A DNA stretch of 64,000 nucleotides from the NCBI GenBank assembly GCA_022821065.1, contig JAJEEK010000007.1, positions 4,487 to 68,486 of the forward strand, written 5' to 3'. The translations under genes were made by a program, and so were the position numbers. The stretch is from Candidatus Poribacteria bacterium. GTDB taxonomy: Bacteria > Poribacteria > WGA-4E > WGA-3G. Below the pieces are notes generated by a model, which was given only the letters and a program-made list of their open reading frames with translations, was not told the DNA's origin and ran no database searches. This document shows, piece by piece, positions 25,139 through 34,956 of the stretch; positions within the stretch are counted from its first letter, which is position 1, and every line of letters begins with the position of its first letter.

Positions 25139-28100
25139 CTAATAACTAACAACTGTTATGCACTGGTCGTCCTCAGTGGCGTAAGGACAGAAACTGCAAT
25201 GCTTGAGATTTTTCTCGTAAATGCCCGCTTGCAACGCTGGGATTTTTTTTCGCCACCGTTCTGCGGCTGCCTCTAATTCTGCAGCACTGAAGTGTCCCTT
25301 TTCGCATTGTCCGTGTTCGGTAAAGAAGATATTTATTTTTACCGTGGGTTGTTCTGGATAACACCGATGGATCAATAGGCTATAGAGTTCCATATCTGGC
25401 GCGCACACTGTCGGATGCTGAGCATCGCCAGTTTCGTAGATGATTACTTGCCAATGTCCTGTTTCATCTCTAAAGAGCCTGTCAATCCTACCGTCAAGAA
25501 TATGACCGTCAACATCGGCGTAGATATGCTGATTGGTTTCGGTTTCTGATGCTCGGAGTGCCGTTTGTCCGAGTTCAGAATCGAGGAAACTATTGATATG
25601 TTTCCGAAGTTCTGTTTCCGCATCCACTATTTCTGAGAAGTTTTCAAACGCCTGTTGAATTAACGGGTCGAGATCTTGTTTATCTGATAGTCTGCTGATT
25701 TGCCTCAGGACAGAACGAATCGCCGCACTCATTTCATCTTCATTCGGATCCGGTTCTGCCTGTTTGATTGATGGAATTCGTAGCACATTTTCTAACTGAT
25801 ACCGTAGGGGGCAACGTGCATAGTTAGCGAGTTCAGACACCGAGAAGGCAGCAGGAACTTCGGTCGGCTGTAGTGCTGATGGCAAAACCTCTGGAAACTC
25901 GATAGGTATCGTTTCATCTGTAGCAGCGTCCGTATCTGTCGTATCCCCAAGTGTCCGAGAAATCGGGATTTCGAGTCGAAAGCGTTGACCTCTTGTGCTG
26001 CCGTTTGTGTATACATTCTGTTTAACGTCTAAATTCAATAAATTGTCTGCTTCACCGATTTCAAGATATGTGTGGAGCCAGTCGAGCATCTGTCGCGGGT
26101 TGCCGCTATCTGGGAGAGTCCCCGATAAGATCAGTCGATCCTCAGCACGTGTAGCCCCCACGTAAAATAGGCGTTTCTTTTCGGCAACATTTTTCTCGTT
26201 TGCGCGGTTTTTCATGAAATTAACGATCGCCGGCTCGGTCTTTTGATAGTTGTTATCCGGATGAAGCGGACTAAAACCGATCCCGAATGCCTCGTCGATG
26301 AAGGGTTCTCGATCTGTTTGCCCCTGCCGATCAAGTCTCGGAAGCATGACAACAGGAAACTGTTGCCCTTTGGCAGCGTGAATTGTCATAATCTGTACCG
26401 CACCGCTGCTCGCCTCAATCGGGGCCTGTCCTTCGCGCGGCTCTTCCGTAATTAAGATGTCCAGAAATTCAATGAAATCTGGCAGGATTTGCTCGTTTTC
26501 ATCGCCATCAAAGTTTCTCGCAAGGTCTAAGAGTTTCTGATAGTTTGCCCAGCGTTGTTGCCCATATTTTCCAGTTTTCAGCGTTCCAATCAATCCTGTT
26601 TCATTAACGATTGTCCCGATAAGTCGGTTTACAGGCATACGGTGTGCAAATTCGGTATGCGTCTTTAAGATGTCTATTGCGCGCCTAAGTTGATCTGTAC
26701 AGCCTTGGTAATCCAGCGTCTTGTCCCAAAAAGATTGCTCTTCCTGTTTTTCCGCTGTCTGTTTTGTCCTCTTTTGTAGCGAGATTTCATAGAGTTCAGT
26801 ATCAGAGATACCGAAGGCAGGGCCGCGAAGAACAGCAGCGAGGGATACGTTGTTTTGGGACGGAGCGTTAAGAAAGTTGAGGTAATTCCAGATGTCGTAG
26901 ATTTCTTGTCGTTGATAGAAGCCGATGCCACCTGTGGTCAGATACGGGATCCCCGCTTCAAGTAAGGCATGTTCGAGGTCGGGAAGATGCGTTCTGCTAC
27001 GGATGAGGATAGCGATGTCACCGTACGCAATTGAACGTTCCGACATCTTTCCATCCTCGCCGCGCACCCATACGCTCTCTTTTTCGTCTGCTACCATATT
27101 TTCGATGCGCCGCGCAATGAACTTATACTCATTTGCTGACGGATCGCCATCTTGTCCTATCAGGATTTCAATGCCACCGTTTGTCTTGGCGTGGCGTGCT
27201 TGGGTGAGGGCTTCATATTCTACCTCAAATTCGTTCCCTTCTCCGGAAGCCATCAACTGCCCGAAAAAATAATTCGCGAACCCAATGACATCGCGTAGCG
27301 AACGAAAATTTTCTGTAAGTGAGATACGCTTACCGCCCTCCCCAACGATTTTTTCTTTCGTTTTGTTAAACACACGGACATCCGCATCGCGGAACCCATA
27401 GATACTCTGTTTCGGGTCACCCACGATGAAGAGGTTCGCACTTTTGAGCTCGTTTGTCAGGAGCATCACTAACTCGTATTGTAACTCGTTTGTATCCTGA
27501 TATTCGTCTACCATGTAGTACTGATGCCGTTTGACTAACGCCTCTCGGATTTCTTCGTTATCGCGGAGCAGGTCTCGGGTTTTCAGTTGTAAGTCATTGA
27601 AGTCCAGCATGCCTTGGGAGAGTTTCGCAGTATTGTATTCGTCTAAGATTCGATTGTATAGTTTGAGTAGGTCACCGACCGTGCTAAGCAAAAAATCGTC
27701 ATCAGTTTCAACAGTCCCTGTTTTATCTCCGCCGTTGTCGGTCTCAACATCGGATGTCCTATCGTTCACCTCCCCTTGTTCAAGGTCTGGTAGGATTTTA
27801 ATCTTTTTCACAATTGATACCAAAAAATTAATCTCGGTTTCAATACCTGTTGTATCAGTCCTTGTACCGATGAAAGCAGATTTCGCGATGGCACCGCTTT
27901 TGATTGTGATTAGATCAACGAATTGTTTGAGTAACCTCAGCACGTTAGGCGAGTTTGCGTCTTTGGCATATCGGGCTTCTAATTGTTGAGTCAAATCTTC
28001 AACGGTTTCCACATTTTTTCCTGACGCAACTTGCGACACTCTTTTAAGGCATCGAATGAATTCGGGGACATCAATCGCTGACATTGATTTTTCGAGAATC

Positions 28101-28699
28101 CGCTGCTCCAAGTCTGCATATATCTCAGCGCTGCTTCGATTGTTATAGATTTCCTGCTCAAGTTTTGCGATGATGTCCCGCTTGTCAATCATAGTGGAGA
28201 AAATTTCCACGAGTTTTTTCTCTGCCCCGTAACGTTGTAGCAAACGGGTCAATTCTGGACGGCCTGCGTCGTCAGAGTTCGTGGCGATGTTTTTAAGGGT
28301 TTCCTTAAGGGTTTCTTGCAGTAAAAGTTTCTGATCAATGCCTTGTAGAATACTGAAGTTGGCTGGGACCTCTGCTTGGAAAGGGAATTCTCTCAGGATA
28401 CGTGAGCAGAAGGCGTGGATGGTTGAGATGTACGCCGAACTCATCTGATCAAGGAGACTGGCACGATCGGTTATGTCCTCGACTTCGTTGAGTCTCTCAA
28501 TAACGCGTTCCTTCATTTCAGCGGCGGCTTTCTCTGTGAAGGTGATGGCGACAATATTTTGGGGACCCGTGTTACTCTCGCGCAAAATTTCAAGGTAACG
28601 TTCAACCAAGACAGTGGTTTTCCCGGAACCGGCACCAGCGGTTACGCAGACATGTTTTTCTATGTTTAGAGCCTCTTGTTGCGACGGGGTAAATTGCAT
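25139..28699 (-). CDS. UvrD/AddA-like helicase fused to a PD-(D/E)XK nuclease domain
   Basis: Walker A AGAGSGKTT, helicase motifs (MVDEYQDTN, TIHAAKGQQFPVV, YVGATRA). The C-terminal nuclease region contains Cys residues (CPLRY...CSFCPY). Confidence 0.85.
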   Translation of the reverse strand: MQFTPSQQEALNIEKHVCVTAGAGSGKTTVLVERYLEILRESNTGPQNIVAITFTEKAAAEMKERVIERLNEVEDITDRASLLDQMSSAYISTIHAFCSRILREFPFQAEVPANFSILQGIDQKLLLQETLKETLKNIATNSDDAGRPELTRLLQRYGAEKKLVEIFSTMIDKRDIIAKLEQEIYNNRSSAEIYADLEQRILEKSMSAIDVPEFIRCLKRVSQVASGKNVETVEDLTQQLEARYAKDANSPNVLRLLKQFVDLITIKSGAIAKSAFIGTRTDTTGIETEINFLVSIVKKIKILPDLEQGEVNDRTSDVETDNGGDKTGTVETDDDFLLSTVGDLLKLYNRILDEYNTAKLSQGMLDFNDLQLKTRDLLRDNEEIREALVKRHQYYMVDEYQDTNELQYELVMLLTNELKSANLFIVGDPKQSIYGFRDADVRVFNKTKEKIVGEGGKRISLTENFRSLRDVIGFANYFFGQLMASGEGNEFEVEYEALTQARHAKTNGGIEILIGQDGDPSANEYKFIARRIENMVADEKESVWVRGEDGKMSERSIAYGDIAILIRSRTHLPDLEHALLEAGIPYLTTGGIGFYQRQEIYDIWNYLNFLNAPSQNNVSLAAVLRGPAFGISDTELYEISLQKRTKQTAEKQEEQSFWDKTLDYQGCTDQLRRAIDILKTHTEFAHRMPVNRLIGTIVNETGLIGTLKTGKYGQQRWANYQKLLDLARNFDGDENEQILPDFIEFLDILITEEPREGQAPIEASSGAVQIMTIHAAKGQQFPVVMLPRLDRQGQTDREPFIDEAFGIGFSPLHPDNNYQKTEPAIVNFMKNRANEKNVAEKKRLFYVGATRAEDRLILSGTLPDSGNPRQMLDWLHTYLEIGEADNLLNLDVKQNVYTNGSTRGQRFRLEIPISRTLGDTTDTDAATDETIPIEFPEVLPSALQPTEVPAAFSVSELANYARCPLRYQLENVLRIPSIKQAEPDPNEDEMSAAIRSVLRQISRLSDKQDLDPLIQQAFENFSEIVDAETELRKHINSFLDSELGQTALRASETETNQHIYADVDGHILDGRIDRLFRDETGHWQVIIYETGDAQHPTVCAPDMELYSLLIHRCYPEQPTVKINIFFTEHGQCEKGHFSAAELEAAAERWRKKIPALQAGIYEKNLKHCSFCPYATEDDQCITVVSY

Positions 28700-28740
28700 T
28701 TTTTAGTTCTGATCCTTGGTTAAAGGCACGATCGCGCGTT

Positions 28741-29820
28741 TTAATTCGGTAGTGGGATGACTGCTGTTGCTGCTATGCCGAGTTGCACGGTATCCCCTGC
28801 TTTTTTAATTTCCGTGCCAGGGTTGTAGTGAACGGCTTTGAGCGGAAGGTCTCCAGCCACCAACTGGTATTCTTCCATTTTACCCAAGTAATGGACTGCG
28901 GTGATCTTCGCTGTTATCCGGTTTTCGGTCCCGCTGCTGCCGTTCTGCACACTGTCAACGATGAGTGCCTCCGGTCGAATGGAACACTGTACCGGTGTCC
29001 CTTCACTCAAGTCGTGATAGACGGTTTCGGAGTGGAGAATCCCGACTGGTGTTTCGATGGTGACATGACCGTTTGATGTCTGCTGTACCTTTCCAGAAAT
29101 GAAGTTGGTCTCACCGATGAAACTTGCCACAAAAGCGTTATTCGGGAACTGATACACCTCGCGCGGAGTGCCGACCTGAACAACAACACCGTCCTTCATA
29201 ATTGCCATCCGATTTGCCATCGTGAGCGCGTCCACTTGGTCGTGCGTTACGTAGAACGTTGTGATATTTGTGCGTTCGTGAATCTGTTTGATTTCTTCGC
29301 GCATCTGCTGCCGGAGAGCAGCATCAAGATTGCTAATCGGTTCATCAAGCAGGAGCACGCTCGGTTCAACAACCAAGGCCCGGGCAAGCGCGATACGCTG
29401 TTGTTGACCGCCAGAAAGGGTGTTGACTGCACGGGCGTGGTAGCCTTCCATTTGCACCATCTCAAGCGCACGCTTGATCTTTTCAGACCGTTCCGATTTT
29501 TCGAGTTTACGGAGCGTCAATCCGTATTCAATGTTTTCGGCAACAGACATGTGGGGCCATAAAGCATAGTTTTGGAAAACCATCCCGGTATTACGTTGAT
29601 GCGGCGGCACATTGTTCATGACGGTATCGTCGAACCGCAATTCACCGGCATCGGGTTTGTAAAATCCGGCAACGATACGCAGAAAGGTCGATTTACCGCA
29701 GCCAGATGGACCGAGGAGGAAGAAGAACTCTCCCTTCTCAACTTTCAGACTCACATCGTTGACGGCGAGCGTTGTATCAAATGCTTTTGTGACTTGTGTT
29801 AATTCAACTGCAACTGCCAT
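28741..29820 (-). CDS. ABC transporter ATP-binding protein (PotA/FbpC/MalK-type with C-terminal TOBE-like domain)
   Basis: GPSGCGKST, LSGGQQQRIALARAL, LLLDEP. Confidence 0.9.
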   Translation of the reverse strand: MAVAVELTQVTKAFDTTLAVNDVSLKVEKGEFFFLLGPSGCGKSTFLRIVAGFYKPDAGELRFDDTVMNNVPPHQRNTGMVFQNYALWPHMSVAENIEYGLTLRKLEKSERSEKIKRALEMVQMEGYHARAVNTLSGGQQQRIALARALVVEPSVLLLDEPISNLDAALRQQMREEIKQIHERTNITTFYVTHDQVDALTMANRMAIMKDGVVVQVGTPREVYQFPNNAFVASFIGETNFISGKVQQTSNGHVTIETPVGILHSETVYHDLSEGTPVQCSIRPEALIVDSVQNGSSGTENRITAKITAVHYLGKMEEYQLVAGDLPLKAVHYNPGTEIKKAGDTVQLGIAATAVIPLPN

Positions 29821-29832
29821 AATAGTTATCGG

Positions 29833-30651
29833 TTATTCTCCTAAATTTTTCACGCAGCGAAATCCGATGGTGCTTCCAGATGAGAGGTGATACCATCTAT
29901 CTGCGACGCGGAGATCTGCAGGACTGCCACCCCATCCGCCACCGCGCAGGATACGGAAGTTTTCTTTATCGGGGGCGATCTCTCTGCCAAAGCGCGGGTT
30001 ATTTTCTGGACTCTGGCTATAGAATTCGCCGTTGTACTCGTCAAAACACCATTCCCAAACGTTGCCCGCCATGTCATATAGATTATAGCCGTTTGGTGGG
30101 AAACTGCCGACCGGGGCTGTCCATCTCCAACTATCTCCGCCACCTATGCCCCCGAGATTAGCATCTATCCGTGTTATTATATCACCATTCGGGTATAATT
30201 TTCCAGTGAGATTTCCCCGGGCGGCGTATTCCCATTCTGCTTCGGTGGGTAACCGTTTGTTTGCCCATGCGGCATAGGCGGCAGCGTCCGGCCAATTTAC
30301 GCCAACGACAGGCGAATCAGGCGCATTGAAGCGCGGGTTGTGCGACAGCGGCGGTTGAGGGTAGTCTGTGCTTTCGACGAATTTCTGGTAACGCGCGTTC
30401 GTTACTTCGTATACATCCATATAAAAGGCATCAAGCGCGACAGTATGTACGGGTTGTTCGTCGCTATCGCCGACAGTGGAACCCATCTGGAATGTTCCCG
30501 ATGGGATCAGCACCATTGTAGCACCGTCAAGCTCAGAAACGATTTCCATAGGGTGTTCGGTAGCAGTGACAAGCGAATCCTCATTGCGTTGTGGGCAGGC
30601 GCACATACCAATAGCAACAATACCGATGAGAAGGATCCCGGCAATCTTCAT
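29833..30651 (-). CDS. Formylglycine-generating enzyme family (SUMF1) lipoprotein
   Basis: Lipoprotein-like signal MKIAGILLIGIVAIGMCAC. FGE motifs RLPTEAEWEYAARG, GNVWEWC, RGGGW, GFRC. The ATG overlaps the selA stop (ATGA). Confidence 0.85.
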   Translation of the reverse strand: MKIAGILLIGIVAIGMCACPQRNEDSLVTATEHPMEIVSELDGATMVLIPSGTFQMGSTVGDSDEQPVHTVALDAFYMDVYEVTNARYQKFVESTDYPQPPLSHNPRFNAPDSPVVGVNWPDAAAYAAWANKRLPTEAEWEYAARGNLTGKLYPNGDIITRIDANLGGIGGGDSWRWTAPVGSFPPNGYNLYDMAGNVWEWCFDEYNGEFYSQSPENNPRFGREIAPDKENFRILRGGGWGGSPADLRVADRWYHLSSGSTIGFRCVKNLGE

Positions 30652-32060
30652 AGCGTTTCTGCTATATGCATGGCAGCTTCGACGATCCACGCCTGTTCTC
30701 TTCTATAGACTGTCCGAATATCTAACCAAAAAAGTCCGTCCTTGATTCTACCGATGATCGGAATTGTGGCGTTTCGGAACGCTGCAGCGAGTGTTTCAGC
30801 GGATACTTCTGCGGATTCAAGGACGAGCGAGACGCTCGGCAACGTCTCAACCGGTAGTGCACCACTCCCGATCTGCCCGTAGGTCTCCAAAACTTGAACA
30901 TCGATTTTTTTGCCGAAAATATCTTGGAGTTGCACTGTTAGCTCCTTCGCCATGGCGTGAAGGGCTTCTATAGATCGGGTATAACGGTTGAGCATCGGAA
31001 ACTGTTCAGCAATAGCCGCACCGTCGGTGAGATAGCGTTGCAGTGTCGCTGACAGTCCCGCGATGATGAGTTTATCAACCCTGAGTGCGCGCATCATCGG
31101 GTTCTTGCGCATCTTCTCAATCCATTCTGCTTTACCGACGATGATCCCAGCCTGCGGGCCGCCGAGCAGTTTATCACCGCTGAAGGTTACAATATCGACA
31201 CCGCTGGCGACGCGTTCTCCGACGAGCGGTTCGTGCGGAAGTCCGTAGTGTGTCATGTCAACAAGTGCACCACTGCCGAGGTCCTCCATCGTTGGGATAC
31301 CCTGTTCTACACCGAGTTCTGTCAATTCTTCCATCGCTGGTGTCGAAGTGAAACCGAGGATTTTATAGTTGCTCGGATGCACTTTGAGCAACAGACCTGT
31401 ATTTTCATTAATAGCCTCGGCGTAATCGCGAAGGTGGGTTCGGTTGGTGGTTCCAACTTCACGGAGTATCGCACCGCTTGCCGCCATCACGTCGGGGACA
31501 CGGAACGCTCCACCGATTTCGATCAGTTCGCCGCGCGAGACGATGACCTCTTTGCCGCGTGCCATCGTCTGAAGCGCGAGCAGAACGGCGGCGGCGTTGT
31601 TGTTGACGACCGTAGATGCCTCGCAGCCTGTCAACTGCTGAAGGAGCGGTTCGGTAATCCTGTCACGATGTCCACGCTGACCGGTTTCGATGTCGTATTC
31701 AAGGTTGACATAGTTTTGTGCGGCTTGCTGGATGGCTTGACAGGCAGTATCGCTGAGTAGGGATCTCCCTAAATTGGTATGTGTAACGGTGCCTGTTGCG
31801 TTGACAACGGGACGCATACGCGGTGCTGTTCTTGCTGCAATTTTTTGGAGCGTCCGTTCTGCGTATTCTGACAGTTCTGGCAGCTGTGTATAGTTTCCAC
31901 GCAGAATCTCGTTTCGGATGTCAGCAACGGCTGCGCGTAGAGCTTCCGTGACAAGTGGACGCGCGTAAATGGTTTGCAAGTCGAGTATCTCCTGTGTGTT
32001 CAGGAGTTTTTCAATAGCAGGTAATTGTCGCAGGAGGGTTTTATTTATATCTGCGTTCAA
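30648..32060 (-). CDS. selA: L-seryl-tRNA(Sec) selenium transferase
   Basis: 470 aa. N-terminus LRQLPAIEKLL and PLP-lysine region FSGDKLLGGPQAGIIVGK are typical of SelA. Confidence 0.9.
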   Translation of the reverse strand: MNADINKTLLRQLPAIEKLLNTQEILDLQTIYARPLVTEALRAAVADIRNEILRGNYTQLPELSEYAERTLQKIAARTAPRMRPVVNATGTVTHTNLGRSLLSDTACQAIQQAAQNYVNLEYDIETGQRGHRDRITEPLLQQLTGCEASTVVNNNAAAVLLALQTMARGKEVIVSRGELIEIGGAFRVPDVMAASGAILREVGTTNRTHLRDYAEAINENTGLLLKVHPSNYKILGFTSTPAMEELTELGVEQGIPTMEDLGSGALVDMTHYGLPHEPLVGERVASGVDIVTFSGDKLLGGPQAGIIVGKAEWIEKMRKNPMMRALRVDKLIIAGLSATLQRYLTDGAAIAEQFPMLNRYTRSIEALHAMAKELTVQLQDIFGKKIDVQVLETYGQIGSGALPVETLPSVSLVLESAEVSAETLAAAFRNATIPIIGRIKDGLFWLDIRTVYRREQAWIVEAAMHIAETL

Positions 32061-32088
32061 CCTTTATCTCCATAAAGCGTTGGTGAAT

Positions 32089-32295
32089 TCAAAGTTTGCC
32101 TTCTTTTTTCAATTCGGCTTGAATCTCACGGTAATCCCGAAAGCGGGTCTCGCCTTTCGCTGCGGTGTCCATGTCTAAAATGTCCTCTGAATCTTCAAGG
32201 TGCTGCATAAGAAGGCGGTCCTCCTGCATCGACAGGACGGCGGCAGTCTTTTCACCCTTCTGATTGACAAGATATTGCGGGTTGATATTAAGCAT
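32089..32295 (-). CDS. Small antitoxin-like protein (Phd/YefM-like, tentative) with no adjacent toxin
   Basis: ggagga RBS before the second ATG. MLNINPQYLVNQKGEKTAAVLSMQE... resembles the N-terminal beta-strand region of antitoxins. Weak call. Confidence 0.35.
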   Translation of the reverse strand: MLNINPQYLVNQKGEKTAAVLSMQEDRLLMQHLEDSEDILDMDTAAKGETRFRDYREIQAELKKEGKL

Positions 32296-32597
32296 AAATG
32301 TCCTCCACTCCAAGTTTTTTAGGCTTTTGGATTTCGGTGATTAGTATAGCATATTGTAGGCGCATTGTCAAACGGATTTGAAGCAACTCGCTGAAAAATA
32401 AATTTGACACCTACTGTTTTTTGTGATATACTTAAATTCGTAAAGTGAAAATCTAACCTCGTCGCTCTGAATGCCTTATGCATCTCTTCCGGTCCCGGTG
32501 TGCTTTCATCGGGAATCCTAAGGGTTAGTAATCTGAAAATTATCGGATTTTTCATAGGATATAGTTTTGTCCTCCTTCAAAGAGAAAGGAGCCTATC

Positions 32598-34376
32598 ATG
32601 GGCAGAGCCGAAAAAGATTCATTACTTGTTTTTCCATCAGATGATTCTGAAGAAGAAATATCTATCGTTAAGCAGTGCCTTGCAGAGGTAGGTTTCTCTA
32701 CCGCAGACCAAGAGTGGCTTGTTCGCGTTTTTGAACGTCCAGATTGCTTTGGTGATCCGACGGGTAAATCGGTATTCAGACACGACGAGTTTGGGGCGTT
32801 TGGTGACGATCTATTAGGTGGACTGAATACTTTAAAGGAAGCGGTTCAAATAGAGAAAGATAAAGTGGATCAAACCTTTTTAGCGTTCCTTTTTAGCTTG
32901 ATGCTCGGTTTTGGACCTGGAGGTGATTCGCGGATGTCGCCTAATAAAGTCCCTGAGAAATCAAACGATTCTTCGGATATACCGCAATGGGTTAGCGAGT
33001 TCCAAAAGCATGCAAAGTTCAATGCCAAAAGTTTGGATTGGGAAGAACTAATTGAAAATTACAAGGGTTCATACAATACTATTTTCAAGTTTTACGATCT
33101 GCTGCCGTTTCTTTTTCCAGATGGTGTGCCTCTAAATCAGATTGTTGATCTGGATTTATTGGACTCAGTTCAACCGGGCGGTTCAAGCAGTGATTTCTCT
33201 TATGATCCTCGACAACTTGGGTTCTGGTTAACTTGGCGATTCGGCGCGAATAAAGAACGTTGCAACCTCGTTAGACTGGATACACTGCTTCAAGATTTTT
33301 CTGATTTTCCTGACGATGTTTTAAGCGATAAATTTCGCGGACTCTACTACACTATCCGCCGTTCTATGACCTATGCCGCTGCGGGGACATGGAGTCAGAA
33401 ACGTTTGAATCCGGTAGGAGATGGGTGGAAAAGTGTGGCACGCGAGTTAATTCCGTTTTTTGAACTTTTAAATGACAGAAAGCCAGAGTTAAATCAGGAA
33501 CCCTCACCGCTGCTCAAAACATGGTGGCACTTAGCGGTATATATTTTTAGTTGGGGTTACGGAAGGTTGGAATCAGAACTTTCGGATGATCTGAAAAGTA
33601 GACTAATTGAAAGTGCCTCGCGGCATATCGGCATCTTGCGGTCTGTTTTAAGAGATACGCCTGAAGCCTTTGAAGATGAAGATGTTCGCGATTTTTACGA
33701 CAAGGCTTTTTATGTTTTGCTAAGCTTCGCGCCCGGATGGAAATGTTTGAAACCTCTATTACTTGCATTTACAGAGATGACCGAACAAGCTGTTGCGTCC
33801 GATCTCCGCACGTGGTCGGAACATGATAGCAAGGAAAACCCACCACACCCTTATGCTCGTGTACCCAATTGGATTGAAGTCGCGATGTATCCGCAAAATC
33901 TAAAGAGCGAACTAAAGAAAGACCGCTACTTGCAAGACTTACGTGAAGAGTTTGCCAAGTTCTGTCTGGGACGACTCAGGACAAAAGAGAAGAACAAAAG
34001 CACAGCGTATAAGGACGAAGATTTCGTAGAACCACGTCCGGCGTGGCGATGGTGTTATGTGCAAGCGTTGGCTGCATTGCGGGTGAATCCAGGTGGACGC
34101 GGACACCGAACACTTTTCTGGCTATTAAACAATGATCCGGATGAGACTGTCCGGGAGCTTGCTAAGAAAGCACATAAACGGGTTCGGCATCTGGATCGAG
34201 ATAAACCCAATTTAGACGAAGGCGCATCGCCGCGTCGTCCGTTATTTGAGGCGTTTTGGTGGTTGCGGCAGGCACATCTCATCACGCTTGATGTGCTAAT
34301 TGATGAAGCGGGTGCAATGCGGACTCGCCGAAGAGAATTGCACCGAACACGGGAGAAGGATGATCGCTTCAAGTAA
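32598..34376 (+). CDS. Hypothetical 592-aa protein with no recognisable domain (HEAT-like C-terminal segment)
   Basis: Long uninterrupted ORF with aaaggag RBS in a visibly AT-richer region. Only DPDETVRELAKKA resembles a HEAT unit. Confidence 0.6.
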   Translation: MGRAEKDSLLVFPSDDSEEEISIVKQCLAEVGFSTADQEWLVRVFERPDCFGDPTGKSVFRHDEFGAFGDDLLGGLNTLKEAVQIEKDKVDQTFLAFLFSLMLGFGPGGDSRMSPNKVPEKSNDSSDIPQWVSEFQKHAKFNAKSLDWEELIENYKGSYNTIFKFYDLLPFLFPDGVPLNQIVDLDLLDSVQPGGSSSDFSYDPRQLGFWLTWRFGANKERCNLVRLDTLLQDFSDFPDDVLSDKFRGLYYTIRRSMTYAAAGTWSQKRLNPVGDGWKSVARELIPFFELLNDRKPELNQEPSPLLKTWWHLAVYIFSWGYGRLESELSDDLKSRLIESASRHIGILRSVLRDTPEAFEDEDVRDFYDKAFYVLLSFAPGWKCLKPLLLAFTEMTEQAVASDLRTWSEHDSKENPPHPYARVPNWIEVAMYPQNLKSELKKDRYLQDLREEFAKFCLGRLRTKEKNKSTAYKDEDFVEPRPAWRWCYVQALAALRVNPGGRGHRTLFWLLNNDPDETVRELAKKAHKRVRHLDRDKPNLDEGASPRRPLFEAFWWLRQAHLITLDVLIDEAGAMRTRRRELHRTREKDDRFK

Positions 34377-34476
34377 AAAAGAGCAGCATGCGGAATTTTT
34401 TTACTATCCTTTTCATCGGAGCGGACTCTATATAGGTAAAGGGTAGAACATCAACAGGCAAAAGGAGGTGATAGCA

Positions 34477-34635
34477 ATGGCGAAATCAAGTGGTAATCGC
34501 TCAGGCGGCAACCGTGGCGGTAAAGGCGGTAACCAAGCAGGCGGTAAGGGCAAAGGATCCGCAGGTTGGCCAAGCAAAACTGGAAAACCTTCTGGTGGTG
34601 GTAGGAATAATGCTCCATCTAAGAAGGGAAAATAA
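34477..34635 (+). CDS. 52-aa Gly/Lys/Asn-rich basic peptide (not in the ORF track)
   Basis: Strong SD aaaggaggtg 7 nt before ATG 34477. Translation is MAKSSGNRSGGNRGGKGGNQAGGKGKGSAGWPSKTGKPSGGGRNNAPSKKGK*. Confidence 0.5.
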   Translation: MAKSSGNRSGGNRGGKGGNQAGGKGKGSAGWPSKTGKPSGGGRNNAPSKKGK

Positions 34636-34706
34636 TGATTGATAGGGAATAATTCATGATTTTTTCTTCATTGAGTAAACCTTTCGATCAATTATTCCGT
34701 TATAGA

Positions 34707-34753
34707 GATTAGAAACATCTCGCTTTAGTGAATCTATATTCACGTTTCTAATC
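34707..34753. repeat. Nested inverted repeat in AT-rich spacer
   Basis: gattagaaac (34707-34716) pairs with gtttctaatc (34744-34753). It encloses gtgaat-ctat-attcac at 34728-34743. Confidence 0.8.
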
Positions 34754-34956
34754 CGTTCAATGAATTAAATTGGTAGAAATTGATCATTGTATCACTTTGA
34801 TCGGATCAATACCTACCTCTCACATTTTACTATATTACGCCGAGCACGTTGAAAAGGACTCAAGTGCCGTGATTTAAGTGCTATGGCGGCTTCATCAAGC
34901 CATAACAGATGGATACCAAAATCCTATTTGTTATGCCTTATGCGATAGGAGTTAAT

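Noticed and set aside
32319-32555. 78-aa ORF upstream of the antitoxin-like gene, as its missing toxin partner.
   Set aside because: There is no RelE/ParE/PIN-like motif, it is in the wrong order for most type II pairs, and the region looks like promoter or UTR sequence.
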